From an uncultured Clostridium sp. (GTDB taxonomy: Bacteria; Bacillota; Clostridia; TANB77; CAG-508), in assembly GCA_902491155.1 (NCBI GenBank), contig CABUGH010000005.1, positions 6,516 through 70,515 on the forward strand: 64,000 bases of DNA. Reading direction: 5' to 3'. The position numbers were made by a program, and so were the translations under genes. Positions 19,805-29,803 of this stretch are shown in pieces; position 1 is the stretch's first letter; every line of letters begins with the position of its first letter. The notes beneath the pieces were generated by a model, which worked only from the letters and a program-made list of their open reading frames with translations, was not told where the DNA came from and did no database searches.

Positions 19805-20936
19805 CTAACTTTTAGCACTTGCTCGTGATATATTAAGCATTACTCCCATTTGGCATAAAAGAATAAACAATGCTGTTCCTCCGGTAACTAAAAAATGGTA
19901 ATGGCATTCCTGTTGCTGGCATTGATGATGTAACAACCGCTATATTTATTATTACTTGTATTCCAACTAGTGATGTTATTCCAACTGCTACTAAGCTTCC
20001 AAACATATCTGGTGCTCTCATTGCAATAAGTATTCCTCTCCAAATAAATATTGCAAATAAAATTATAATTATTGCACATCCTACAAAACCTAGTTCCTCT
20101 CCTACTATTGAAAATATGAAATCATTGTGTGGTTCTGGTATGTATAAATATTTTTGTTTACTATCACCTAGTCCTACTCCAAAAAGTCCCCCTGAACCTA
20201 TTGCATATAAACTTTGTATTACTTGCCATCCTGTATCAGATGCATCTTTCCATGGATCTAAAAATGATACTACTCTTTGCAATCTATATGGTGATTTTAC
20301 TATTAATAATACTGCTGCTGGTATACCAATTCCTCCTCCTACTGCTAAGAATTGGGTAAACTTGCATCCTGCTACAATCATCATGATGCATACTATTCCT
20401 ATTATAACAATAGAGGCACTAAAGTGTGGTTCTAGCAATAATAGTGCTATTAGTGGTGCTACCATGCAAATATGTTTTACTAATCCTTTCCAGAAATATG
20501 GTAACTCATCACGATTTTTTACTAAAATTCCCGCATAAAAAACTATTACTAAAAATTTTACTATTTCTGATGGCTGAAATGATAATGCGTCTGTTATGTA
20601 TATCCATCTTTGTGCTCCATTTAATTTTCTTCCTATTAGTTTTACTGCAACCAATAGAACTGCTGATAACCACCATGCCTGTTTGTAAAACTTTTGATAA
20701 AATCTATAATCTATTTTTGATATTGCCATCATTGCAAATATTCCTAAAACTGCAAATATTAATTGTTTGTTAAAAAATCTATAACTGTCCCCTGTTTCAG
20801 CTAATGCTGATGGTGAACTTGCTGATAATACCATTACAAGTCCCATTCCTAATAATAGAATTATAGTTATTAATAATGTAAAATCAATTGGATTATTTAA
20901 AAAACTCGAAAATTTTCCTGTCTTTTTCTTTGCCAT
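19805..20936 (-). CDS. ftsW: SEDS peptidoglycan polymerase FtsW/SpoVE, interrupted near the 3' end; restored by a +1 shift at in-frame CGG 19881..19883
   Basis: ORF 19833..20936 ends in non-family sequence (SYRRNSIVYSFMPNGSNA). The +1 reading gives the family-conserved PFFSYGGTALFILLCQMGVMLNISRASAKS and stops at 19805. The joined protein is 376 aa. Confidence 0.85.
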
Positions 20937-20951
20937 TTAAGAATTCCTCCT

Positions 20952-21941
20952 TTATATTATTTTTAATCCAATCATACACACAATTAAAGTTGCTATACTA
21001 AATACTATTACAACTTTATTTTCCTTCCATCCTGATAATTCAAAATGATGGTGTAATGGTGCCATCTTGAATATTCTTTTTCCTGTTTTTTTGAAATATG
21101 CTACCTGTATTATAACAGATAATGTTTCTACTACTGGTATAAATGCTATAACTAATAATATTAATGGCATTTTTAAATATAAAGCTATTCCTGATATAAC
21201 TCCACCTAGTAGTAGTGAACCAGTATCTCCCATAAATACTTTTGCTGGATGTAGATTAAACATTAAAAATCCTAATATTGAGCCTATTACTATGCTTCCA
21301 AATACTGAGACTTCTGTTACCCCTCTTAACATTCCTATTACTGTTAAACATGTTATAATTATTGTTGATACACTTGATGATAGTCCATCTATTCCATCTG
21401 TTAAATTTATGGCATTTGTTGTTCCTAATATTACGCATATTGCCGCTGGGACATAAATGTATAATGGTAATGTGATATATTGTTTTGTAATTGGTATGTA
21501 TGTATCTGTTCCTAATTTTAGGCCTTCTATTAAATATAAAACATATGCTACTGATATTATTAATAGCCCTAACATTTTGTAGCTTGGTTTTAGTCCTTCT
21601 GTATTTTTTAAGACTAATTTTTTGTAGTCATCTATAAATCCTATTGCTCCAAATCCTATTGTTAGCAACAAAATTGGCACTAATTTGGTTGCTAATTCTG
21701 ATTCGCCTGTTGCATATAAATATACAGCTGTTGCAATTGTTCCTATTATCATTGTAATTATTATTATTATTCCACCCATTGTTGGTGTTCCCTGTTTTTT
21801 CAAATGTGATGCTGGACCATCATCTCTTTCTATTTGCCCTACTTTTAATTTTCTTAATATTGGTATTGTTATGATTCCTAATATGATTGATATTGCAAAT
21901 GACACTAGCAATACTTCTATTTCAAAACTCACTTTTATCAA
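20952..21941 (-). CDS. mraY: phospho-N-acetylmuramoyl-pentapeptide transferase
   Basis: GTPTMGG, NAINLTDGIDGL, FMGDTGSLLLGG and APLHHHFE motifs. The start codon is uncertain (TTG 21941 or GTG 21932). Confidence 0.9.
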   Translation of the reverse strand: MIKVSFEIEVLLVSFAISIILGIITIPILRKLKVGQIERDDGPASHLKKQGTPTMGGIIIIITMIIGTIATAVYLYATGESELATKLVPILLLTIGFGAIGFIDDYKKLVLKNTEGLKPSYKMLGLLIISVAYVLYLIEGLKLGTDTYIPITKQYITLPLYIYVPAAICVILGTTNAINLTDGIDGLSSSVSTIIITCLTVIGMLRGVTEVSVFGSIVIGSILGFLMFNLHPAKVFMGDTGSLLLGGVISGIALYLKMPLILLVIAFIPVVETLSVIIQVAYFKKTGKRIFKMAPLHHHFELSGWKENKVVIVFSIATLIVCMIGLKII

Positions 21942-22017
21942 AACCTTTCGTATTTGCTTTCTTTGTATAGTTTATTCTATGTTTTTATTATTTATTTATG
22001 TTTGTACTATTATTGTG

Positions 22018-23502
22018 TTATTTTTCGTTTTTTTCTAATTTGTCAATAATTTCGTTGACTATTATTCTTTCATCAAATGGATATTTTACTCCATTTATTT
22101 CTTGATATGGCTCATGTCCCTTTCCTGCTAATATTATTATGTCTTTTTTATTTGCCATTTTTATTGCTTTTTCAATTGCTTCTGTTCTGTCAACTATTAC
22201 TTCATACTTTCCTTTTGTCTTTTTTATTCCATCTTCTATTTGCTCAACTATTTTTTGTGGTTCTTCGGTTCTTGGATTATCTGATGTTATTATTGTATAA
22301 TCTGCTATTTTTCCAGATATCTCGCCCATTATTGGCCTTTTTCCGCTATCTCTATCTCCTCCACATCCAAATACTGAAATTACTCTTCCTCTTGTGTAAC
22401 TTTTAGCTGCTTGTAATATGTTTTGTAAACTTTCTGGTGAATGTGCATAATCTATCATTATTGTTAGTTCTTTTTTATTATTTACTAATTCTGATCTTCC
22501 TGGTACTCTTACTTCTAATAATGCTTCTTTTATTATTTCTGGTGATATTCCAAATTTTTGTGCCACACAAATTGCTGCTAGTGAATTGTATACGCTGAAT
22601 CTTCCTGGTATTCCTGTTTTTACCCTTTCATTTCTGTCTGTTATTTTAACTTTAAAGTCTACATAGGCATTTGTTATTGTTATGTCTTTTGCTAGTACAT
22701 TTGCAAAATTATCAATTCCATATGTTGTTATATTACTTTCTGGGAATAACTTTGGTATTTTTGCTCCATGTAAATCATCTACATTTACTATTCCTGTTTT
22801 GCACATATCAAATAATTTTAACTTTGATTGGAAATAATCTTGCATGTCTGGATGTTCATTTTTACTTATATGATCTTCTGAAAAGTTTGTGAATAAAACT
22901 ATATCAAATTTGCATCCATCTACTCTATGTAATTTTAAACTTTGTGAAGATACTTCCATTACTACAACTTCTACGCCTTCTTCTACCATTCGACTGAATA
23001 GTTGTTGCAATTCTAAACTTTCTGGAGTTGTTCTGTCGCTATCTTTTATCTTTTTTCCATTTATATATGTTGCTATTGTTCCTATTAAACCTACTTTTTT
23101 ACCTGCTTTTTCTAATATTTCTTTTATCATATATGTTGTTGTCGTTTTTCCTTTTGTTCCTGTTACCCCTATTAATTTGAATTTTGTTGATGGATTTTTA
23201 TAAAAGTTTGCTGCACTTATTGCTAATCCCTCTCTTGTATTTTTTGCCATTATTATTGTTATGTCTTCTGGTATGTTTATCCCTTTTATGTTACATCCTT
23301 CTTCTACCATTATTGCTGTTGCTCCATTTTTTATTGCACTCTCAATAAATTGATGTCCATCTACTGTGAATCCTTTAATTGCCACAAATAAATATCCTTG
23401 TTTTATTTCTTTTGAGTTTTTGTCTATTCCTTTTATGTCAATATTTAAGTCTCCTTTTACTTTTAATCCTTCTAATCCTACTAGTATTTTTTTTAATTCC
23501 AT
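22018..23502 (-). CDS. murE: UDP-N-acetylmuramoyl-L-alanyl-D-glutamate--2,6-diaminopimelate ligase
   Basis: GVTGTKGKTTT P-loop, and a DNPR motif (TSDNPRTEEP) typical of meso-DAP-adding MurE. 494 aa. Confidence 0.9.
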   Translation of the reverse strand: MELKKILVGLEGLKVKGDLNIDIKGIDKNSKEIKQGYLFVAIKGFTVDGHQFIESAIKNGATAIMVEEGCNIKGINIPEDITIIMAKNTREGLAISAANFYKNPSTKFKLIGVTGTKGKTTTTYMIKEILEKAGKKVGLIGTIATYINGKKIKDSDRTTPESLELQQLFSRMVEEGVEVVVMEVSSQSLKLHRVDGCKFDIVLFTNFSEDHISKNEHPDMQDYFQSKLKLFDMCKTGIVNVDDLHGAKIPKLFPESNITTYGIDNFANVLAKDITITNAYVDFKVKITDRNERVKTGIPGRFSVYNSLAAICVAQKFGISPEIIKEALLEVRVPGRSELVNNKKELTIMIDYAHSPESLQNILQAAKSYTRGRVISVFGCGGDRDSGKRPIMGEISGKIADYTIITSDNPRTEEPQKIVEQIEDGIKKTKGKYEVIVDRTEAIEKAIKMANKKDIIILAGKGHEPYQEINGVKYPFDERIIVNEIIDKLEKNEK

Positions 23503-23630
23503 TTAGAATCATCCCTTCGTTTTAATATGTTTTGCTGATAAATTTTTACCTGCAATTTTAGTATATTATATATCTATTTTTATTTTTTGTATAGGGTTTT
23601 TTAGTATTTTTGTGTTTTTTTGTTATATGT

Positions 23631-25664
23631 TTATTCAGTGTTTTTGTTTATTTTTACATATACAAAACTTTCACTATTAACAACTATTCCTGGTTGTGGT
23701 GTCTGTTCATATACAATTTCTTTTTCTTTGTCTATTTCTTCTGTTTCTAATGATATATTTAATTTATTTTCTTTTAATATTTTTTCTGCTTCTTTTATTG
23801 TTTTTCCTTTTATGTCTGGTGTTTCAATTTTCTCTATTTCTTCTATTTCTTCTTTGTTTCCTTTATTTACTTCTAAATATGGTAATACTTCTGAAAAGAC
23901 TTTTCCTCCTACCGGTGCTGCAACACCACCTCCTTGGTGTCCACCTTCTCCTGTTGGATTGTATAATGTAACCAGTAATACTACTTGTGGATCTTCTATT
24001 GGTGCGACACCTAAAAAAGAAGTAACATATTTATTTGTATTTACGCCATCTTCTGACGTACCTGTTTTTCCTCCAATTCGATAACCTGCAACTTTTGCAT
24101 TTTTTCCAGTTCCTTCTGCTACAACTGATTCCATCATACTTAAAACTTTTTCTGATGTTTCCTTAGAAATTGATTGGGATTTTATTTTTACTTCAACATC
24201 CTTTTTTTCTCCTGTTTGGCTGTCAATTATTTGTTTTACAACTCTTGGTGTTAATAAATTTCCGCCATTTGCAATACTTGAAACTGCTGTAACTAGTTGT
24301 ATTGGTGTTATTTCAAATCTTTGGCCAAAACTTATTGTTGCTAATTCTACTGGACCCGCTTTTTCTTCTTTTAGAAATATGCTTCCTCCTTCACCTGGTA
24401 AATCAACTCCAGTTTTTTCTAATAGTCCAAACTTTTTTAAATAACTATAATATGTGTGAACTCCTAATTTTTGTCCTAATCCTATAAAAACTGGGTTACA
24501 TGAATTCATAAGTCCTTGTCTTAAACTTTCTGAACCATGTGGTCTATAATATCTCCAACATTTTATTCTGACTCCAGCCACTTCTATACCTCCTGTGCAG
24601 CAGAATTGTCCCTGCTTATCTATATCTGTAACTAATCCTTCTTCTATAGAGGCTGAAGCAGTGATTGTCTTAAAAGTTGAACCCGGCTCATATGTATCAG
24701 CAATTGCTCTATTCCTCCACACAGCTTGCAATTCTTTTGTTTTCTCACCTTGTTCTAAATTGGGCCATATTCCCTCTAAATCTTCTGTATATGCAGAATA
24801 TGGATCATTCAAATTATATGTTGGATATGTGGCCATTGCTAAAATATCTCCTGTTTTTGGATTCATCGCTATTATGTTTCCACCATCTGTACATTTATTG
24901 TCTATACATGCTTCTTTTAAATATTTTTCTACAATTGATTGAATGTTATAGTCTATTGATAATACTAAATTATTTCCATCTATTGCTGATATATACTTTT
25001 CCCCCTCTTTTCCTATTTCTGTTCCTTTTGCATCTGTATGTCTTTTTATTGTGCCTTTGCTTCCTGCTAATTCTTTTTCATATTTTGCTTCTATTCCATC
25101 TAATCCTTGATTATCACTTCCACAGAATCCTATTATTTGTGCTGCTAAAGTATTATTTGGATAATATCTTTTTGTGTCTTCATCAATATTTATTCCTGTT
25201 GTGATTTTATTTTCTTCCATCCATTTTCTTAAATTATCTGTTTTTTCTTTTTCTACTTTTTTTGCTATTGTTTCTATTGAACTTCTTTTAGTTACTTTTT
25301 TTAATACCTTTTCATAGTCTAACTCGAATAATTCTGATAATTTATGTGCTACTAATTCTTTTTTTTCTTTTTCAATGTTTCCTGGATTTATTGTTACAGT
25401 TTCTACTGTGCTACTTACAGCTAATATGTGCTTACCCGTACTGTCATATATTGTCCCTCTTTTTGGATTTATTGCTCTGTCTAATGTCTGTTGATCATAA
25501 GCCATTGTGCTTAATTCTCCACCCTGTATTATTTGAATATATCCTATTCTTCCTATTAATATTATAAATATTAGAAATGATATGAATAGTATATTTTTCA
25601 TTCTTTTTTGGGTTGATATTTTACTTGTTCTAGTTTTATCTTTTATAACTTTATATATATTCAT
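23631..25664 (-). CDS. class B penicillin-binding protein (FtsI/SpoVD-like) with one C-terminal PASTA domain
   Basis: STFK, SCNP (SxN) and KTGT boxes plus a PBP-dimer domain. It occupies the dcw position between ftsL and murE. Confidence 0.88.
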   Translation of the reverse strand: MNIYKVIKDKTRTSKISTQKRMKNILFISFLIFIILIGRIGYIQIIQGGELSTMAYDQQTLDRAINPKRGTIYDSTGKHILAVSSTVETVTINPGNIEKEKKELVAHKLSELFELDYEKVLKKVTKRSSIETIAKKVEKEKTDNLRKWMEENKITTGINIDEDTKRYYPNNTLAAQIIGFCGSDNQGLDGIEAKYEKELAGSKGTIKRHTDAKGTEIGKEGEKYISAIDGNNLVLSIDYNIQSIVEKYLKEACIDNKCTDGGNIIAMNPKTGDILAMATYPTYNLNDPYSAYTEDLEGIWPNLEQGEKTKELQAVWRNRAIADTYEPGSTFKTITASASIEEGLVTDIDKQGQFCCTGGIEVAGVRIKCWRYYRPHGSESLRQGLMNSCNPVFIGLGQKLGVHTYYSYLKKFGLLEKTGVDLPGEGGSIFLKEEKAGPVELATISFGQRFEITPIQLVTAVSSIANGGNLLTPRVVKQIIDSQTGEKKDVEVKIKSQSISKETSEKVLSMMESVVAEGTGKNAKVAGYRIGGKTGTSEDGVNTNKYVTSFLGVAPIEDPQVVLLVTLYNPTGEGGHQGGGVAAPVGGKVFSEVLPYLEVNKGNKEEIEEIEKIETPDIKGKTIKEAEKILKENKLNISLETEEIDKEKEIVYEQTPQPGIVVNSESFVYVKINKNTE

Positions 25665-25724
25665 GCGAAAAACACCTCTAATAATATTTATTAGAGGCTG
25701 TTTGTTTTAATTACTAAGTATTGT

Positions 25725-26234
25725 TTATTTATTTGGAAATATATAATCTATAATTTTTTGTAACCAATTTCTTTCTTCTTTTACTACTACTTTTTCTGAT
25801 GCTGATTCTACATAGTCTTTTTTAGGTAATGTTACATATACTGTTTGTTTATTAGTCAATTTTTCCATTCCTAATTTTTCTTTTGCTTCTTTTTCTATAT
25901 TTTTTATATTTAAACTATTTTCTATATTTATTTCTAATTGTTCATTTTCTTTTTGTATTGCTGATAGTTTCTTTTTTTGGTCTTGCATTTGATTGAATTT
26001 TACTGTTATTTGGGAGTTTTGATAACTAATGGCTAATAATACTGTAAATACTAATATTGCTAACATTGTTAGTTTTACATGTTTTCTTTTTTGTTCTTTT
26101 GATACTTTTACTTGTTGTTTTGGCTTGTCTTTTACTATTTTTATTTTGGTCTTTTTTTCTTTATGTTTTATATCTGGTTCTTCTGTTTGAATTTTTCTAG
26201 GATTTGTATCAAATTGATAATAATTTTTTGCCAT
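25725..26234 (-). CDS. ftsL: cell division protein FtsL-like (single TM plus coiled coil)
   Basis: 169 aa with a basic N-terminus, one TM and a coiled coil. The call rests on its position between rsmH and the PBP gene. Confidence 0.6.
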   Translation of the reverse strand: MAKNYYQFDTNPRKIQTEEPDIKHKEKKTKIKIVKDKPKQQVKVSKEQKRKHVKLTMLAILVFTVLLAISYQNSQITVKFNQMQDQKKKLSAIQKENEQLEINIENSLNIKNIEKEAKEKLGMEKLTNKQTVYVTLPKKDYVESASEKVVVKEERNWLQKIIDYIFPNK

Positions 26235-26267
26235 TATTACTTTTTCCTCCCTTCTTTTGTTTTATTA

Positions 26268-27197
26268 TTATGCTTTTTCAAAAATTCTAAGTTTCGCACT
26301 TTTACTTCTTGGGTTTTCTTCTTGCTCTTCTTGTGTTGCTATTATTGGTTTTTTGTTTATTATTTTTCCTTCGGATTTTGCACCACATACACAATATGGT
26401 AAATCTGGTGGACATGTACACCTTCCTTTTGCTTCTAACATTGCTTTTTTTACTGCTCTATCTTCTAATGAATGGAATGTTAGTACACATAATCTTCCTT
26501 TTGATTTTAAACATTTTATGCAATTTAATATTGTATTATATAATGGTTTTATTTCATTATTTACTTCTATTCTTATTGCTTGAAATGTTCTTTTAGCAGG
26601 ATGCCCATCATTTTGTTTTGATTTTGGTATTGAATTTTCTATTATTTCTACTAATTCTTTTGTTGTTTCTATTGTTTTTTCTTTTCTCTTTTTACAAATG
26701 TTATATGCTATTTTTTTAGCATATCGTTCTTCTCCATATTCGTAAATTATATTGCTTAGTTCTTCTTCACTATATTCATTAACTATTTTTTTTGCTGTTA
26801 ATTGTTGTGTTTTGTCCATCCTCATATCTAAAGTATTTTCGCCTAAATAGCTAAATCCTCTGTTTCTTTCGTCTAATTGATATGATGATACGCCTAAATC
26901 TAGTAGTATTCCATCTACTCCTTCTATATCTTCACTTTTTAATATTTCTATTATATCGTCATGATTTCCATGTATGTATTTTACGTTTTTATATAATTTT
27001 AAGTTTTCTTTTGCTGCTTTTAATGCTTCTTCGTCTCTATCTATCCCTATTAATAGCCCTGTATTCTCCAATTTTTTTGCTATTTCCTTGCTATGGCCTG
27101 CTCCACCTAATGTTCCATCAACATATATTCCGTTTTTCTTTATTTGCAAGCCTTGTATACATTCATTTAACATGACTGGTTTGTGTTCAAATTTCAA
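26268..27197 (-). CDS. rsmH: 16S rRNA (cytosine1402-N4)-methyltransferase
   Basis: MKFEHKPVMLNE.., TLGGAGHS and DLGVSSYQLD motifs. The start was chosen at TTG 27197, 5 nt after AGAGGTG, so the ORF-track N-terminus is an extension. Confidence 0.9.
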   Translation of the reverse strand: MKFEHKPVMLNECIQGLQIKKNGIYVDGTLGGAGHSKEIAKKLENTGLLIGIDRDEEALKAAKENLKLYKNVKYIHGNHDDIIEILKSEDIEGVDGILLDLGVSSYQLDERNRGFSYLGENTLDMRMDKTQQLTAKKIVNEYSEEELSNIIYEYGEERYAKKIAYNICKKRKEKTIETTKELVEIIENSIPKSKQNDGHPAKRTFQAIRIEVNNEIKPLYNTILNCIKCLKSKGRLCVLTFHSLEDRAVKKAMLEAKGRCTCPPDLPYCVCGAKSEGKIINKKPIIATQEEQEENPRSKSAKLRIFEKA

Positions 27198-27436
27198 ATT
27201 TACACCTCTTAAAGTATTCTTTTTAAGCATTTATACAGCTGGGAAACCCAGCTGTTTTGTCAAAAGTATACTATGCACACTTTTGTATATTTAAATTTCT
27301 TTTGTATTTTTTTCTTTTGTTCTTTTTTCCTTTGTATGCATTTTCTTTAGTTTTGTTGACTTTTGTTTGTTCTTCCTTTGTGTTTTATTTTCTTTTGTAA
27401 ATCTTTCTTATGTATTTTTATATAAACTTTTTCAAG

Positions 27437-27862
27437 TTATATACCTAAATTTGCCATATTTTCTGCTATTTCATCTGCTGATATTTCTTCATCACATTTT
27501 TCCCATCTTTCTTTATTCCATATTTCTATTCTTGTTCCTACTCCAATTATTATTGCATCTTTTTCTAATTTTGCTGATGTTCTTAAATTTGTTGGAATTA
27601 GGAATCTTCCTTGTTTGTCTATTTCACATTCTGTAGCTCCTGATAGGAAAAATCTTACAAAATTTCTTGCATTTTTATCTGATAATGGTAAATTTTTTAG
27701 TTTTTCTTCAAAGTTGTTCCATTCTGTTTGGGAAAATGCAAATAAACATCCATCTAATCCTTTTGTTAAGATGAATTTTTCACCGATGTCTTGTCTTAAT
27801 TTTGCTGGCATTATTAACCTTCCTTTTGTATCTAAAGAATGGCTATATTCTCCCATTAACAT
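27437..27862 (-). CDS. mraZ: transcriptional regulator MraZ
   Basis: 141 aa with duplicated SpoVT/AbrB-like halves ([18 protein letters not shown]). Confidence 0.9.
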   Translation of the reverse strand: MLMGEYSHSLDTKGRLIMPAKLRQDIGEKFILTKGLDGCLFAFSQTEWNNFEEKLKNLPLSDKNARNFVRFFLSGATECEIDKQGRFLIPTNLRTSAKLEKDAIIIGVGTRIEIWNKERWEKCDEEISADEIAENMANLGI

Positions 27863-27887
27863 CTGGCTTCACCTCTCTTCATTTTCT

Positions 27888-27916
27888 CCCACTTTGTGTC
27901 ACTTTTTACCACTTCA
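27888..27916 (-). promoter_or_regulatory. candidate MraZ operator: three direct AAGTG(G/A) boxes with exact 10-bp phasing
   Basis: The minus strand reads GAAGTGGTAAAAAGTGACACAAAGTGGGAG. On the plus strand the CACTT cores sit at 27890, 27900 and 27910. The boxes lie between the predicted -10 element and the mraZ RBS. Confidence 0.55.
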
Positions 27917-27921
27917 ATTAG

Positions 27922-27950
27922 ATTTTAATATAAGTTTTTAAAATTTGCAA
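27922..27950 (-). promoter_or_regulatory. candidate dcw (Pmra) promoter
   Basis: Minus strand: TTGCAA, a 17-nt spacer, then TAAAAT. Confidence 0.45.
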
Positions 27951-28050
27951 GTGTTTTAGCAAAATTTTTTAATTTTTTTTACATCTTTTGTTATTGACTT
28001 TTCTTTTTATTATGCTATTATATTATTATTAAAACCAAAGGGGGATTTTT

Positions 28051-28365
28051 ATGATGCATCGGATTACCAAAATTGGTTTTTTAGCAAAAGAAAATATTCG
28101 TTATTTTATTTTACCCGAGTCTTTGGAATATATTAGAGATATCATTCTTGCACAAGCTAGTACTTGGTATTTTTCATTTTCAGATGAACAACTTGTATCA
28201 ATTACTGAAATGTTTAAAAAGTTTGTAGATTACTATGGTTCTTTGCATTTATCTTTTTCTTATAAACTCTTTCCTGATGAAGATTTTTCTTCATTTCCGC
28301 TATATGAATGTCTTGTTATATGTATTCAATATATTCCTAAACTCGAAAAAGAGGAAACTTCTTAA
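28051..28365 (+). CDS. hypothetical protein (104 aa)
   Basis: AGGGGGA RBS 5 nt upstream of ATG. I recognise no family. Codon 4 is an in-frame CGG. Confidence 0.5.
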   Translation: MMHRITKIGFLAKENIRYFILPESLEYIRDIILAQASTWYFSFSDEQLVSITEMFKKFVDYYGSLHLSFSYKLFPDEDFSSFPLYECLVICIQYIPKLEKEETS

Positions 28366-28379
28366 ATGAGGTTTCCTCT

Positions 28380-29144
28380 CTATTTTACTTCTCTTGCTTT
28401 TACGATAACTCTTTGTTTGCTGTCATTAGTACATGTAATAAGTGTTATTTCTTTTTTTTCATTATTTTTTTGTTCTAAGCAACTAAGATCTTCTGGTACT
28501 ACTGTGTATTTTCTGTATATTTTATATTCTACTTTTTCTTCTGTATCTTTAGTTAAGTCTGTTATTAATATTTGCTCACCTATTTTTAATGTTGGTACTT
28601 TACTAAAAAACTTTTGATTTCTATAATTATGTCCAACTATGCAGAAATTTCCTTTTTCGTTTGGATTTGGTCCAGCTAATTTGCATGGCGATAATTTTAA
28701 TAATTCTTCTGTTTCTTTTTCGTCTCCTGTTTCTCCTTCTATTACTGGATAACTTAAATTTAATTTTGGAATTTCTATTTTTGCAATTGTACAATAGCTA
28801 TATCCGTTACTTGTAGTCTTTTTACTTGATAATGCATTTTCTTTACTATTTTCTAATGGCTGTACTTTTAAATCTTCTTGTGCATTGTTTAATACTACTG
28901 TTAAAACATCACTTTGTTGCTTTATTTTGTTGTTTTCTTCTTGTGTTTCATTTATATCTGCTAGTATCTGCTGTGATACCTGTTCACTTTTATTTCTTCC
29001 ATAATCTTCGTATATAAATATTGATACTAATATTATTATTAATATTAATGATATTAAAAAATTAAATTTATATACTTTTTTCTTTCTTTTTAGTTCTGGT
29101 GTTACATATAGTTTTTCTGTTACTAATATTTGATTCATTTTCAC
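28380..29144 (-). CDS. sortase family transpeptidase
   Basis: N-terminal TM anchor, catalytic His (FCIVGHNY), TLITC Cys box and a downstream Arg (VIVKARE). Confidence 0.75.
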   Translation of the reverse strand: MKMNQILVTEKLYVTPELKRKKKVYKFNFLISLILIIILVSIFIYEDYGRNKSEQVSQQILADINETQEENNKIKQQSDVLTVVLNNAQEDLKVQPLENSKENALSSKKTTSNGYSYCTIAKIEIPKLNLSYPVIEGETGDEKETEELLKLSPCKLAGPNPNEKGNFCIVGHNYRNQKFFSKVPTLKIGEQILITDLTKDTEEKVEYKIYRKYTVVPEDLSCLEQKNNEKKEITLITCTNDSKQRVIVKAREVK

Positions 29145-29228
29145 ACCATCCCTTCTAAATATCTTATTTTAATCATTCTTTTTTATTATATCATATTTAA
29201 ATTGTTTTGAGAATATTTTTTCACTATT

Positions 29229-29729
29229 TCATACCAAAATTGACGAAATGTGAAATACTTGCCCTTTTTCTCCTAATATTTTTTGTGTTTCTTTTAAAAT
29301 TTTATGATCATCATCTAGTAGTATTAATTTGTTATATTCATTATTTTTTTCTTTCATTTTTTCCGCTTTTATAATATCTCTGTTTTCTTTTGAGTATTCG
29401 TTATTTTCCTTTGTTATTATTATCCAATTTTCTTCTTTTATAAATGGTACATGCTTTTTTAGCCATTTTTTCTTTTGCTCTGTGATTTTTTTACTTTTTG
29501 ATAATGTTAAAATATATATGTCTATATTTTGCATCTTTTCTATTTTTTCTAATAATTCTATAACATAACTAGCTGGTTCTGCTTGTTCGTATTCTTCTTC
29601 CATTTTTTTTGCTACATCATGTTCTGGATATACATTGTATACAGTGATAGTTCCATCCATATCTACAAATATCGCTGTTTTTCCATTTTTTTTGCTTATT
29701 TTTTGTATTTTTTCTATAAATTTATTCAT
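29229..29729 (-). CDS. HAD-superfamily hydrolase, 5'(3')-deoxyribonucleotidase-like
   Basis: IFVDMDGTIT (DxDxT motif I) and LLDDD (motif IV-like). 166 aa. Confidence 0.55.
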   Translation of the reverse strand: MNKFIEKIQKISKKNGKTAIFVDMDGTITVYNVYPEHDVAKKMEEEYEQAEPASYVIELLEKIEKMQNIDIYILTLSKSKKITEQKKKWLKKHVPFIKEENWIIITKENNEYSKENRDIIKAEKMKEKNNEYNKLILLDDDHKILKETQKILGEKGQVFHISSILV

Positions 29730-29803
29730 TTTATATTACCCTTTCTAAAATATGATTTAATATCATAAGGCACAAAAGCTATAACTCTTGTGCCTTATAA
29801 GAC

